From a virus (lineage: Duplodnaviria > Caudoviricetes): a stretch of 56,706 bases of DNA. Where the stretch lies: positions 1 through 56,706 of the IMG/VR virus record IMGVR_UViG_3300037783_000023. One strand, given 5' to 3'. The stretch's first letter is position 1. Every line of letters starts with the position of its first letter. This document shows, piece by piece, positions 16,873 through 24,621 of this stretch. Under the pieces are notes generated by a model. That model made no database searches and had not been told where the DNA came from. It worked only from the letters and a program-made list of their open reading frames with translations. Position numbers and translations under genes: made by a program.

Positions 16873-17459
16873 GGCTTGCGCTCCCTTTCGGCCATCATCG
16901 CGTCGGCGATCAGGTAGGCTTTGCGCGCGACGAGGGTGTCTTGCGCGCAGAGGTCCGCAAGGCCTACGAGCGCGGCCTCGGCGAAGCGGTCGCGCATGTC
17001 TGCTGCAGGAGCGTTGTTGTAGTGGGCGTCCAAAGCCTCGCAGATTTCTGCGTTGACGGACTTCTCTCCCGACGCCGCAGATACCTGCTCATAAAGCGCC
17101 TGCGGGACGCGGATCGTGTAGCGCGTGTATTCCTGCTGGCGCGCCGATTGACCGCCAAGGTGCGCCTGCAATGCGAGAACGATCTCCCCGTTCATCGTTC
17201 TGTTCGCCTCAGATGCTTTTGACTTAACTCCATCCCGCAGGTCGTGCGGGATGCGAATGCGAAGCTCTGCGTCTCCACGCGCCATGTGGTCGTCTCCCTG
17301 AATTTCGTGATTGATCGCCGCGCTCAAGATTTGAACGATCTCGGCGTTCATTGAGCGGCCCGCTTTGCGGGCCCGCTTTTTGATCTCGTCGCGCATCCCG
17401 CCCGGAAGGCGGACCATCATTTTGGGCAAATGCCGTGATGGGCTGTCTTGAACGCTCAT
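16869..17459 (-). CDS. Triple Arc-domain protein + C-terminal shared module
   Basis: MVRLP...RSMNAEI; LRIRIP...RTMNGEI; YTIRVP...KSVNAEI; then MRDRFA...AYLIADAMM. Confidence 0.8.
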   Translation of the reverse strand: MSVQDSPSRHLPKMMVRLPGGMRDEIKKRARKAGRSMNAEIVQILSAAINHEIQGDDHMARGDAELRIRIPHDLRDGVKSKASEANRTMNGEIVLALQAHLGGQSARQQEYTRYTIRVPQALYEQVSAASGEKSVNAEICEALDAHYNNAPAADMRDRFAEAALVGLADLCAQDTLVARKAYLIADAMMAERERKP

Positions 17460-18580
17460 ACAGACACCAGATCGAGCAGCTTGCCGCCCTTGCGCTCGAG
17501 TGCGACCCGGGCGTCCTGATGCTCGATGCTCTTTGCGTGGGCTGTGACGCCGGTCACCGCGTCCCACACGGTCTCAATTGGGCGGCTCTCCTCCCGCTCA
17601 TGCGCCGCCTTGATCGCGGTCGCCTCCGGCCGCGTGAAACGCTTAAGCAAAAAGGCGTCGAGGTCGTCGTCCACCCGCTTCTGCTGCGCCTCCCGGATGG
17701 TCTGCTCGATGGGCGCGGCGCTGGCGGCTGAATACTCCATCAGCACCGGGCTGATTTCCTCCAGCCAGCGGTCAGGAGCCGATGCGGTGTGGCGGAGCCT
17801 GATTTCCTTGAAGCCCTCGGCTCCCCACACGATGCGGTTTGAGCAGGCGTAGTCGAACAAGAAAAAGGCGGCCCCGATGGACTGGCTGCCGACCTCGCTG
17901 TTCCAGACAAAGAAACCGCGAGCCAGCGAGCCGGAGCGCCCGTTCCGGCGGTTCGGCATCTCGACCCGGTTCACCTCGTCGGCCAAGAACACGAAGATGT
18001 CACGATCTGATCCATAAATGGTGGTGTTCGCCTTGGTGATCGGCACGGCCTGTCCGAATTCGCCCGGCACCCGGAAGTCGCCGGTGCGGCCGTCACCGAA
18101 TTTGTCCGTAAGGGCGGTCACGATTTCCTCGTTCCACACCCTGCCGTAACGAGGCCCTGTCGCGGCGCGCAGTTCGTTGTGCGCAATAAGCTCGCCGCCC
18201 ATTGCGACCGGCTCGTTCTCGGTCCGCAGCAGCCCGACCTCCTCAGCGTCGCGATGGAACCGCAGGCAATAATTGAGGGCGTCGGCCGCAATCGGCGCAG
18301 GCAGTTTGCGCAGCTCGCGCGCCGAGAACCCTGCGAGCGAGGCGAGCTGGCCGAATGACCAGTGCGTCGGGTCGACGATCGTCCCCTCGTTATCGATTGT
18401 GAGGCCCCACTTGGGGTCTGCCGGGTGCGGCTGGACCTCAATGCGGCGGGTGGTCGTCACCGAGGCGACGGAGCGTTCGCGCTGCCCGGCGACCGCGTCG
18501 CGCAGGTCGGTCAGGCTCAAGAACCGCTCGTCGGCCGGGCGCGAGGCCCACTGGCGGGATGCGTGCATAAGTGTCGTCAT
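17456..18580 (-). CDS. DUF932-family protein
   Basis: QWASRPADERFLSL...THWSFGQL...GFFVWNSEVG...CSNRIVWG. Confidence 0.75.
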   Translation of the reverse strand: MTTLMHASRQWASRPADERFLSLTDLRDAVAGQRERSVASVTTTRRIEVQPHPADPKWGLTIDNEGTIVDPTHWSFGQLASLAGFSARELRKLPAPIAADALNYCLRFHRDAEEVGLLRTENEPVAMGGELIAHNELRAATGPRYGRVWNEEIVTALTDKFGDGRTGDFRVPGEFGQAVPITKANTTIYGSDRDIFVFLADEVNRVEMPNRRNGRSGSLARGFFVWNSEVGSQSIGAAFFLFDYACSNRIVWGAEGFKEIRLRHTASAPDRWLEEISPVLMEYSAASAAPIEQTIREAQQKRVDDDLDAFLLKRFTRPEATAIKAAHEREESRPIETVWDAVTGVTAHAKSIEHQDARVALERKGGKLLDLVSV

Positions 18581-18610
18581 GTTCGTGTCTCCGTGGATTT
18601 GGGGGTGGGC

Positions 18611-18748
18611 TCAGTTCAGGCCGAGCCCGTGGCCGATCAGCAGGGCCAGCCAGCCCGTGCCGAAAATCGAAAGCGCGCCGATCAGGTCGCCGAGCAGCTC
18701 GGCGTAGCGGCCGCGCTGAGAGTGGGGGGTGGTCGGTTTGTGTTCCAT
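18611..18748 (-). CDS. Small membrane protein, first gene of PL operon
   Basis: GGAGG RBS; single hydrophobic helix. Confidence 0.6.
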   Translation of the reverse strand: MEHKPTTPHSQRGRYAELLGDLIGALSIFGTGWLALLIGHGLGLN

Positions 18749-18750
18749 AC

Positions 18751-18765
18751 GTTCCTCCGTTGTTC
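18751..18765. promoter_or_regulatory. Alphaproteobacterial LexA (SOS) box over PL start region/RBS
   Basis: GTTC-CTCCGTT-GTTC, exact GTTC-N7-GTTC. Confidence 0.65.
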
Positions 18766-18769
18766 GCGG

Positions 18770-18820
18770 AACATAACCAACAATTTGTGGATCAGACAAG
18801 CGAAAAAACACAAATTGTTG
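18770..18820 (-). promoter_or_regulatory. PL-like promoter with two repressor operators
   Basis: TTGTCT (18794-99)-N18-TATGTT (18770-75); operators CAACAATTTGTGG (18778-90) and ACACAAATTGTTG (18808-20). Confidence 0.7.
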
Positions 18821-18856
18821 AAATTAAATTTTGAGGCTGGACACAGATCTAGACTT

Positions 18857-18871
18857 GTTCTTAATTCGTTC
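18857..18871 (+). promoter_or_regulatory. LexA (SOS) box immediately upstream of ORF 18874
   Basis: GTTC-TTAATTC-GTTC, overlapping a -10-like TTAATT 17 bp after TGGACA (18838-43). Confidence 0.75.
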
Positions 18872-18873
18872 TC

Positions 18874-19065
18874 ATGTGCAGGACTTACAACGACACAGAG
18901 CTAGACCGTCGCCTCGATCGCATGATTGAGGTGGCAACCGAGCTCGGGTGTCCGCTGGACCATGTCGTCGAGCACATGGGGCGGTGCGATCAAAGTGATT
19001 TTCGGAGGTTCTCCGGTAGCCCGTCGCTTCTGCCCCGGTACACGAAGTCAAGCGTGACGCCGTAA
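18874..19065 (+). CDS. Small SOS-regulated protein, candidate antirepressor
   Basis: ATG 2 bp after LexA box; likely leaderless; 3' end overlaps the repressor gene convergently. Confidence 0.55.
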   Translation: MCRTYNDTELDRRLDRMIEVATELGCPLDHVVEHMGRCDQSDFRRFSGSPSLLPRYTKSSVTP

Positions 19066-19247
19066 CGAGCGCAAAGCTCTATCGCTGCCTCCACCGGGAT
19101 GCGGCGAAACCCGCGTTCCCAGTTATTATATTGAGCCAAGTTAAAGCGGTTCTTGAGCGCCCAATCTTTTTGATTGAGGTCCGAAAAGGCCCTGCGGATG
19201 CGTACCAGACGCTGCCCGATCTCATGGTGTTCAAACGTGTCACTCAT
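18990..19247 (-). CDS. Prophage repressor, HTH_XRE only (85 aa)
   Basis: IGQRLVRIR...NQKDWA...YNNWERG...YGVTLDFVY; divergent from cro; no S24 autopeptidase. Confidence 0.85.
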   Translation of the reverse strand: MSDTFEHHEIGQRLVRIRRAFSDLNQKDWALKNRFNLAQYNNWERGFRRIPVEAAIELCARYGVTLDFVYRGRSDGLPENLRKSL

Positions 19248-19531
19248 GGTCGAGTGATCCACGAAATGTGAACCGCCAAGCAAGCAACCACTTGTGGGCT
19301 TGCATTTTCCCACAATTTGTTGATTTTGAGGGGATGCAGACAGCTAAAGAAATCTCCGCCCGCTTCGGGCAAAGAACCATCGCCGCAACGCTGGGCGTCA
19401 GCGTCGGGGCGGTCAGCAACGCCGTTGTCCGGGGTCAGTTCCCGGCGAGCTGGTACGTCGCAATTCAAAGCCTGTGCAACCGTGACGGCGAGCTCTGTCC
19501 CGTCGAGGCATTCGCTTTCAAACCTATTCAT
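19244..19531 (-). CDS. Possible antisense ORF (95 aa) opposite cro, stop overlapping repressor start
   Basis: GGAGGAGG-N7-ATG within hairpin+TCCACGGAG element; TGA overlaps repressor ATG (ATGA). Confidence 0.35.
   Translation of the reverse strand: MNRFESECLDGTELAVTVAQALNCDVPARRELTPDNGVADRPDADAQRCGDGSLPEAGGDFFSCLHPLKINKLWENASPQVVACLAVHISWITRP
19259..19330 (+). promoter_or_regulatory. OR/PR-like region with operator repeats
   Basis: CCACAATTTGTTG (19310-22), CAACCACTTGTGG (19285-97), degenerate CCACGAAATGTGA (19259-71); TTGCAT -35 at 19300-05. Confidence 0.7.
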
Positions 19532-19681
19532 CAGTGCGCCTCCTCCGTGGAAAGTGAAGCGGGCGACGGCGCTTGTTCTGCCGCCCTGATAAACATTGTC
19601 CCAGCGAGTTCGGGCGAAAGTCAATCTAAAGAAACTTTTTGTCAGCCCAACCACGACAAATCGCTTCGGGGCGCGCTGTGA
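19334..19681 (+). CDS. Cro-like HTH protein
   Basis: FGQRTIAATLGVSVGAVSN...GQFPASWY; divergent from repressor. Confidence 0.75.
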   Translation: MQTAKEISARFGQRTIAATLGVSVGAVSNAVVRGQFPASWYVAIQSLCNRDGELCPVEAFAFKPIHQCASSVESEAGDGACSAALINIVPASSGESQSKETFCQPNHDKSLRGAL

Positions 19682-19682
19682 C

Positions 19683-19907
19683 ATGCCGTGTCACTTCTGC
19701 GGCGCAGCACTGGCCCCCTACGGCTACGGGCTGCCCGGGCTGCGCACTGACAAGCCAGAGGGCCGTCGCGGCTATCTGTGGGCGTGCGCGGATCACCGGG
19801 ACGCCGCTGAGCACAAACGAAATCAGGCAATCGGTGTCGGCCTGTCCGGAGCGCGCCAAGCGCCCCGGGGAAACGACACTTCCCCCACGCAACAAGGTGA
19901 AACATGA
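19683..19907 (+). CDS. Small zinc-finger protein
   Basis: CHFC ... CADH. Confidence 0.6.
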   Translation: MPCHFCGAALAPYGYGLPGLRTDKPEGRRGYLWACADHRDAAEHKRNQAIGVGLSGARQAPRGNDTSPTQQGET

Positions 19908-20245
19908 CCTATCCCCACAATTCTGATTTTTCGGTCAGCGACACGCAGCTGATGGCCCACCTCGCGGAGATTGAGAGCGCGAAGGACGAGGTCAGCAGCG
20001 CCAGCGGCGACCTGCGCTCCACGATCAAGCGCATCCTCGAGGACGCGGGCTACGAGAAGGGGGCGCTGCAGATGGTGCGCGACCTCGACGCTCTCAGCGA
20101 CACAAAGCTCGCCGACCGCCTCCGCACGCTGTGGCCGATGCTGGACGCCATGCGGCCGCATTGGGAGGAGCGCATCCGCGACATGCTCGACCGCAAGGCG
20201 TCCGAGACCGGCGACATGGACGCTGACATGCAGGGCGGCGCCTGA
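19904..20245 (+). CDS. Hypothetical protein, weakly GapR/DUF2312-like
   Basis: HNS...QL...IE...AGY..GAL..V helical pattern. Confidence 0.5.
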   Translation: MTYPHNSDFSVSDTQLMAHLAEIESAKDEVSSASGDLRSTIKRILEDAGYEKGALQMVRDLDALSDTKLADRLRTLWPMLDAMRPHWEERIRDMLDRKASETGDMDADMQGGA

Positions 20246-20391
20246 TGGCGGCTGCGGCCATGCAGGGGCGCTTTCGGCGCCTCCCGGGGTGGGGCAAGCG
20301 GCGGCTGCCTCGGTTCCGCACGGTGATTACCTACACCGGGCAGACAAAGCGACTTCAGCTGCACGCCACGCGCGGCTGGAAGGTCTGCTGA
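20245..20391 (+). CDS. Small basic protein (48 aa), not in ORF track
   Basis: TGATG overlaps at both ends; MAAAAMQGRFRRLPGWGKRR...LHATRGWKVC. Confidence 0.5.
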   Translation: MAAAAMQGRFRRLPGWGKRRLPRFRTVITYTGQTKRLQLHATRGWKVC

Positions 20392-20870
20392 TGATCGTCG
20401 CCGGGCTGGACCTCGCAACCATGACCGGCGTCGCGGTCGGCCCCCTCGGGGGTCGCCCTGCGCTGTGGTCGGAGGACCTGAAATCCTGCGACGAGCTGCC
20501 CCTTCATGGGTCGCGCCTCATGGCTGTGCAGGGTCTCACGCATCGGCTGATCACTGAATACGGTGTCCGGGCTATCGCCATCGAAAAGCCGTTTGTCGCG
20601 GCGCACAATAATTGGGAGACCACCCTTCTCACGATGGGGCTGACAGCCTGCGTGGTGAGCTGGGCGGCGCGCAAGGGGGTGCCGGTGGCGGTCTACCCCT
20701 CGCAGACCGTGGCGAAGCACCTCGTCGGCTCGGGCAAGATGCCCCGGGCCGAAAAGAAGGAGGCGATCCTTGCCGAGTGCCGTGCGCGCGGCTGGGACCC
20801 CCGAGACGACAATCAGGCGGACGCAGCGGCGGTGTGGAGCCTCGCCTGCGCCCGTTTTTCCACGGAGTAA
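20391..20870 (+). CDS. RuvC-like Holliday junction resolvase
   Basis: IVAGLDLA..TG, IAIEKP, DDNQADA acidic catalytic motifs. Confidence 0.8.
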   Translation: MIVAGLDLATMTGVAVGPLGGRPALWSEDLKSCDELPLHGSRLMAVQGLTHRLITEYGVRAIAIEKPFVAAHNNWETTLLTMGLTACVVSWAARKGVPVAVYPSQTVAKHLVGSGKMPRAEKKEAILAECRARGWDPRDDNQADAAAVWSLACARFSTE

Positions 20871-20873
20871 CCT

Positions 20874-21785
20874 ATGAGCCACTACATGACCGCTCTGGCC
20901 ATGCAGCAACGAGGTCTTAAACCGGCCGCGAAAATCGTGCTGTATTGGCTGGCGGATCACCACAATCAGCAGACCGGGCTGTGTTTTCCCAGCCTGAGCA
21001 CGCTCGTCGACGAGTGCGAAATGGACCGCTCGACGGTGATAAAGCACCTGAAGTCGCTTGAGCGAGACGGGCTGATCCGAAAGGAGCATCGGACCCGTGA
21101 CAACGGGTCAATCACAAGCAACGCTTACACCCTGCTGCTGCGCGAGCGAACCACCGAAAAGGCCGCTTCGTCCAACAAAACAGCTAGTGGAGAAACGCCA
21201 CCCCCCCTAGTGGAAATTTCCCACCCCCCTAGTGGAGAAACGCCACCCCCCCTAGTGGAAATTTCCCACCCCCATAACCTTGGAAATAATAACCTTGGAA
21301 ATGAACAAGAAGATGGCGACCGCGATGCGGCCGCCCCGACTTCGCTGACCGATCTGGAAGGGACAGCACCGGCTGAGCCTCAAAAGCCCAAGTCGCCACC
21401 GAAGATCGTCGGCGGGCTTTACGACGGGTGCCGTTCGCTGGACCAAGAGTTCGAGCGGGTTTGGGTCCAGCACCCGCGCAAGGTCGGGAAAGGCGCGGCC
21501 CGCTCGGCGTGGGGTCGGGCGCGGTCAAAGGCCTCGTTCGAGGAGATTGCCCGCCCCCTCGCGGTCTGGATCAAGCTGCAGGCCGGCTCTGAGCCCAGCT
21601 TCATCTGCCACTTCTCGACATGGCTGAACGAGGAGCGCTGGCTGGACGACCAGACCCACGCCCTCAATCGCAGACAGACGACGTCCGACCGCCTGCGGCG
21701 GCTCGGCGCTTCCACGGAGGCCGGTGACGACACGCTCGCCGGTCCAAGAACCCCCCCGCAAATCGAGCTGAGGATGGACCCATGA
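20874..21785 (+). CDS. Replication initiator with N-terminal HTH_36
   Basis: KIVLYWLADHHN...CFPSLSTL...STVIKHLKSLE..GLI...SNAY; PRKVGK..A..AW; STWLNEERW. Confidence 0.85.
   Translation: MSHYMTALAMQQRGLKPAAKIVLYWLADHHNQQTGLCFPSLSTLVDECEMDRSTVIKHLKSLERDGLIRKEHRTRDNGSITSNAYTLLLRERTTEKAASSNKTASGETPPPLVEISHPPSGETPPPLVEISHPHNLGNNNLGNEQEDGDRDAAAPTSLTDLEGTAPAEPQKPKSPPKIVGGLYDGCRSLDQEFERVWVQHPRKVGKGAARSAWGRARSKASFEEIARPLAVWIKLQAGSEPSFICHFSTWLNEERWLDDQTHALNRRQTTSDRLRRLGASTEAGDDTLAGPRTPPQIELRMDP
21184..21302 (+). repeat. Iterons and AT-rich repeats: probable replication origin
   Basis: Four CTAGTGGA...CCAC units (21184, 21207, 21229, 21252), i.e. two exact 45-bp repeats, then ATAACCTTGGAAAT twice. Confidence 0.8.
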
Positions 21786-22480
21786 GCGGAATGACCTATG
21801 AGCAGCGCAAGCGCGCGATATTTGATTTCCTTTACCGCGAGCCCGGCGGCCTGCTGCATCGCTATCGGCTGCCGGAGCACCTGTCGGACGACGCACTCCG
21901 GGACGAGGTGAACATGCTGGTGGACGACGTGAACGGTCTGATCCCGAGCGATTTCACCGAGACCGAGCTGCGGCTCCTTCTGCCCGACGTCAACACCGCG
22001 ATCCGTAGGCGGCACGGCGCGCAGGGCTGGCCCCCGGCAAAAGTGTTCATGGCTGCTACCGAGGACGCGCTGGCTGCTGCCGCGAAGCGGAAGGCGGCCG
22101 CCGAGCCCGCACTCGCGCAGCGAAAAGACCCCTTCGAGCTGACTGCGGCCGCGATGAAGGCCGGGCAGCCTGTGGCCGAGCACTTCCTTTGGGGCAGGCA
22201 GGCGGTCGAAATGATCGCGCGTGGTCTGGTCGATCAGGACACGATGGCCCGTTATCGGTCAGGCATATTCGCGGCCCTGCGGGACCAGTATGGCGAGCAG
22301 CGCGCGCAGGCTTGGGAGGCCGAGGCCAAGGCGCGGCACCAGTCTGCGAAGGCGGCTTACCTCGATCGGCGGGATGGCCGCGAGATTGACCCCGCGACGA
22401 TGGAGCGGCTGCAATCGGAGCTGGCGGTGGTCGGCTCCGGGCTCGACCGTCGGGCCGACGACATGCGTAGGTTCGCATGA
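21782..22480 (+). CDS. Hypothetical protein, probable replication accessory factor
   Basis: ATGA-coupled to initiator. Confidence 0.65.
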   Translation: MSGMTYEQRKRAIFDFLYREPGGLLHRYRLPEHLSDDALRDEVNMLVDDVNGLIPSDFTETELRLLLPDVNTAIRRRHGAQGWPPAKVFMAATEDALAAAAKRKAAAEPALAQRKDPFELTAAAMKAGQPVAEHFLWGRQAVEMIARGLVDQDTMARYRSGIFAALRDQYGEQRAQAWEAEAKARHQSAKAAYLDRRDGREIDPATMERLQSELAVVGSGLDRRADDMRRFA

Positions 22481-22692
22481 CCCGGCTCGTGTCTGGCATC
22501 TACGGTCGCGGCCCGAGCGAATACGCCGAGCAGCGCCGGGCGCAACAGGTCCGCGAGCAGTCAGAGCGGGCATGGCGCGAGCGGGGCATCGCGGTGATCC
22601 CGGTCGACGAGCTGGTGAGCGATTGGGACCGGCAGGCGGTCACGAACATCGCAAATCGGCTCTATGGGGGGCGGCGCGATGGCAAGAGCTAA
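22477..22692 (+). CDS. Hypothetical protein
   Basis: ATGA overlap. Confidence 0.6.
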   Translation: MTRLVSGIYGRGPSEYAEQRRAQQVREQSERAWRERGIAVIPVDELVSDWDRQAVTNIANRLYGGRRDGKS

Positions 22693-23170
22693 CCGATCGA
22701 CCGAGGCCCACGCCGACCAATGGACCCCAAAGCTTGTTCGGGAGCGAATGATCGAGGCGGTGCGGTGGGCGAGACACAACGCCGGGCCCACTGGCCCTGC
22801 GCCGATCCGGTCGGCGATGCCGGGCTACACCCCAACCCTTGAGGACCACCTAGCCGAAGGGTGGGGCTTTCCCGAGCAGGCCGAGGGCGTGGCCGACGGT
22901 GACAATGTGGTCCGGCTGTCACTGCCGCCTCACAAGATCGACCAGCTGGCGGACGCGCTCGATTGGTGCCGTCGCTATCTGGTGCACGACCACCCGGGCG
23001 ACGCCGTGATCCTGAACCTATGGCTGCGCTGCAAGGTCTACCGCGGCAATTTCGAGGCGGCGCTCAAGGCGCGCGGCTTCCCCATGAGCCGACGGCACGC
23101 TGACCGCATGCGCGACCGCGCGCTGTCAATCATCGCACAAAAACTGGACGAGGAGGGCCGCACGCCATGA
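22679..23170 (+). CDS. Putative late-gene regulator (DUF6362-like)
   Basis: WTPKLVRERMIEA N-terminus, C-terminal HTH-like region; position after replication genes. Confidence 0.5.
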   Translation: MARANRSTEAHADQWTPKLVRERMIEAVRWARHNAGPTGPAPIRSAMPGYTPTLEDHLAEGWGFPEQAEGVADGDNVVRLSLPPHKIDQLADALDWCRRYLVHDHPGDAVILNLWLRCKVYRGNFEAALKARGFPMSRRHADRMRDRALSIIAQKLDEEGRTP

Positions 23171-23607
23171 CCGACCGAAGATCAGAGAACCTCCGCCGAC
23201 TGCACGAGGACCCCGAGTTCGCGGCCGCTCGTGACGCCCGAGCGCGGGAGCGGTTCATCGCCGACAATGACCGGCTGCAGCGCTTAGCGAATGTGGCAAA
23301 GCGTGGATGCGAGGTCCCGCCGGAGCGCGAGGCCGACTGGCAGGCGCTCAAGAGCAAGATGATCCCGAACAGAGAGGCCGCCCGGATGCTGGGGCTGACG
23401 TGGCTGGGCGGCCCCGAGGACGAGGCCGAGGCCCGATGGAAGGTGCGGACCACATCGCGGATCGCGGACGAGCTGATCGAGTATGTCGAGACCGCGTGCC
23501 TGTCGGGGCAGCTAGACCCGGATCACTCGTGGGAGATCATCGAGCGGCTCAAGCGGGCCAAGCGGGTGCTGGCGTGGAATTCGGAGGCTGACGATGCGGG
23601 TGCCTGA
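23167..23607 (+). CDS. Hypothetical protein
   Basis: GGAGG RBS, ATGA overlap. Confidence 0.6.
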   Translation: MTDRRSENLRRLHEDPEFAAARDARARERFIADNDRLQRLANVAKRGCEVPPEREADWQALKSKMIPNREAARMLGLTWLGGPEDEAEARWKVRTTSRIADELIEYVETACLSGQLDPDHSWEIIERLKRAKRVLAWNSEADDAGA

Positions 23608-23860
23608 GATACAGAACCGCTTGCGCGAGCTGGCGGCGGAGCATGACATTCCGGAGCTGGACGCGCTGGCATCCGAGCTATCCCGGCGCTCCCCAATCCG
23701 CCGATCAAAACAGCGCAGCCCATCCATGACCGACCATTTGCGAGATGCAATCCGGCGTTTGGCGGCACACCAGCCTGAGTTGACGCAAACTGAAATAGCA
23801 GCCCGGTTCGGGGTCAACCCCGGTCGGGTATCCGAGGCACTGAGAGGGACGCGGCAATGA
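23594..23860 (+). CDS. HTH DNA-binding protein
   Basis: LTQTEIAARFGVNPGRVSEAL. Confidence 0.7.
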   Translation: MRVPEIQNRLRELAAEHDIPELDALASELSRRSPIRRSKQRSPSMTDHLRDAIRRLAAHQPELTQTEIAARFGVNPGRVSEALRGTRQ

Positions 23861-24087
23861 TTGATCTAACCAAAGAACCTAAAGGCGCGCTGACGAAGGC
23901 GCTTCGCGCAGCTGAGCCCGGCACGCGCTTTCGGTATGCAACGGGTGAGCTCTGCTCTGGCCCGCTGCGCGAGGAGGCGGGCGCGGCCTCGGAGGCAGGG
24001 ATAGCCCTCCTGTTCAAGCGTCGCCTCGGGGAGCGCATGTTCGAGTATATCGCGGTCCGCAGCAAAACACAGGTCCGCCATGACTGA
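23857..24087 (+). CDS. Hypothetical protein
   Basis: ATGA overlap. Confidence 0.6.
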   Translation: MIDLTKEPKGALTKALRAAEPGTRFRYATGELCSGPLREEAGAASEAGIALLFKRRLGERMFEYIAVRSKTQVRHD

Positions 24088-24247
24088 GCCGGAGAACGAC
24101 GCGCAGGCGCAGCTGGACGCGCTGCGCAAAGAGACCCGACTGCTGCGCGAGGTCGTCGTCGGGGCGCTGAACGGTCACATGGGCTGGCGGTCGAAAGCCG
24201 AGCGGCTGCTGGGCTACAGCAAGAGGGAGCCCCATGAGCCTAAATAG
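24080..24247 (+). CDS. Small hypothetical protein (55 aa), not in ORF track
   Basis: Hand translation MTEPENDAQAQLDALRKETRLLREVV...; overlaps neighbours. Confidence 0.5.
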   Translation: MTEPENDAQAQLDALRKETRLLREVVVGALNGHMGWRSKAERLLGYSKREPHEPK

Positions 24248-24443
24248 CGCCCGAGCCCACCTCGTCGCGCTGGCGCAGGACATGAGGGCGTCGCGACTGG
24301 ACTATCACGCGGAGCACCTAGAATGGGTGCTCCGTTCTGTTTTGCCCATGCCGGACCCTGCGGCCGAGGCGTCCGATTTGGACATTTGCAATTCTACGTC
24401 GCCAGATTTGGCGGAGACCCCGCCCGGAACCCACAATAGATAG
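24234..24443 (+). CDS. Hypothetical protein
   Basis: GGGAG RBS. Confidence 0.5.
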   Translation: MSLNSARAHLVALAQDMRASRLDYHAEHLEWVLRSVLPMPDPAAEASDLDICNSTSPDLAETPPGTHNR

Positions 24444-24621
24444 GCCCAGCCCGCTCCATATTGCGCCGCGTAAATACTAGGTCCGCGAGGCGCGCTATTG
24501 CTGCAACCGCTCTAAATCGGGCAATACTCGTGTGCGGCGGCCAATAGCGCCCGCCAGACAAAAAAATCCATACAGGCGAAACAAAAAAACGCCCGGCAAA
24601 ATAGGCCGGGGCGGAGGGCGC

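Noticed and set aside
21184-21273. CRISPR-like array
   Set aside because: Repeats are contiguous with no unique spacers, lie inside the initiator gene, and no cas genes are present
21711-21719. Tenth TCCACGGAG copy as a functional RBS
   Set aside because: Inside the initiator coding region without a hairpin or convincing downstream ORF; compatible with chance
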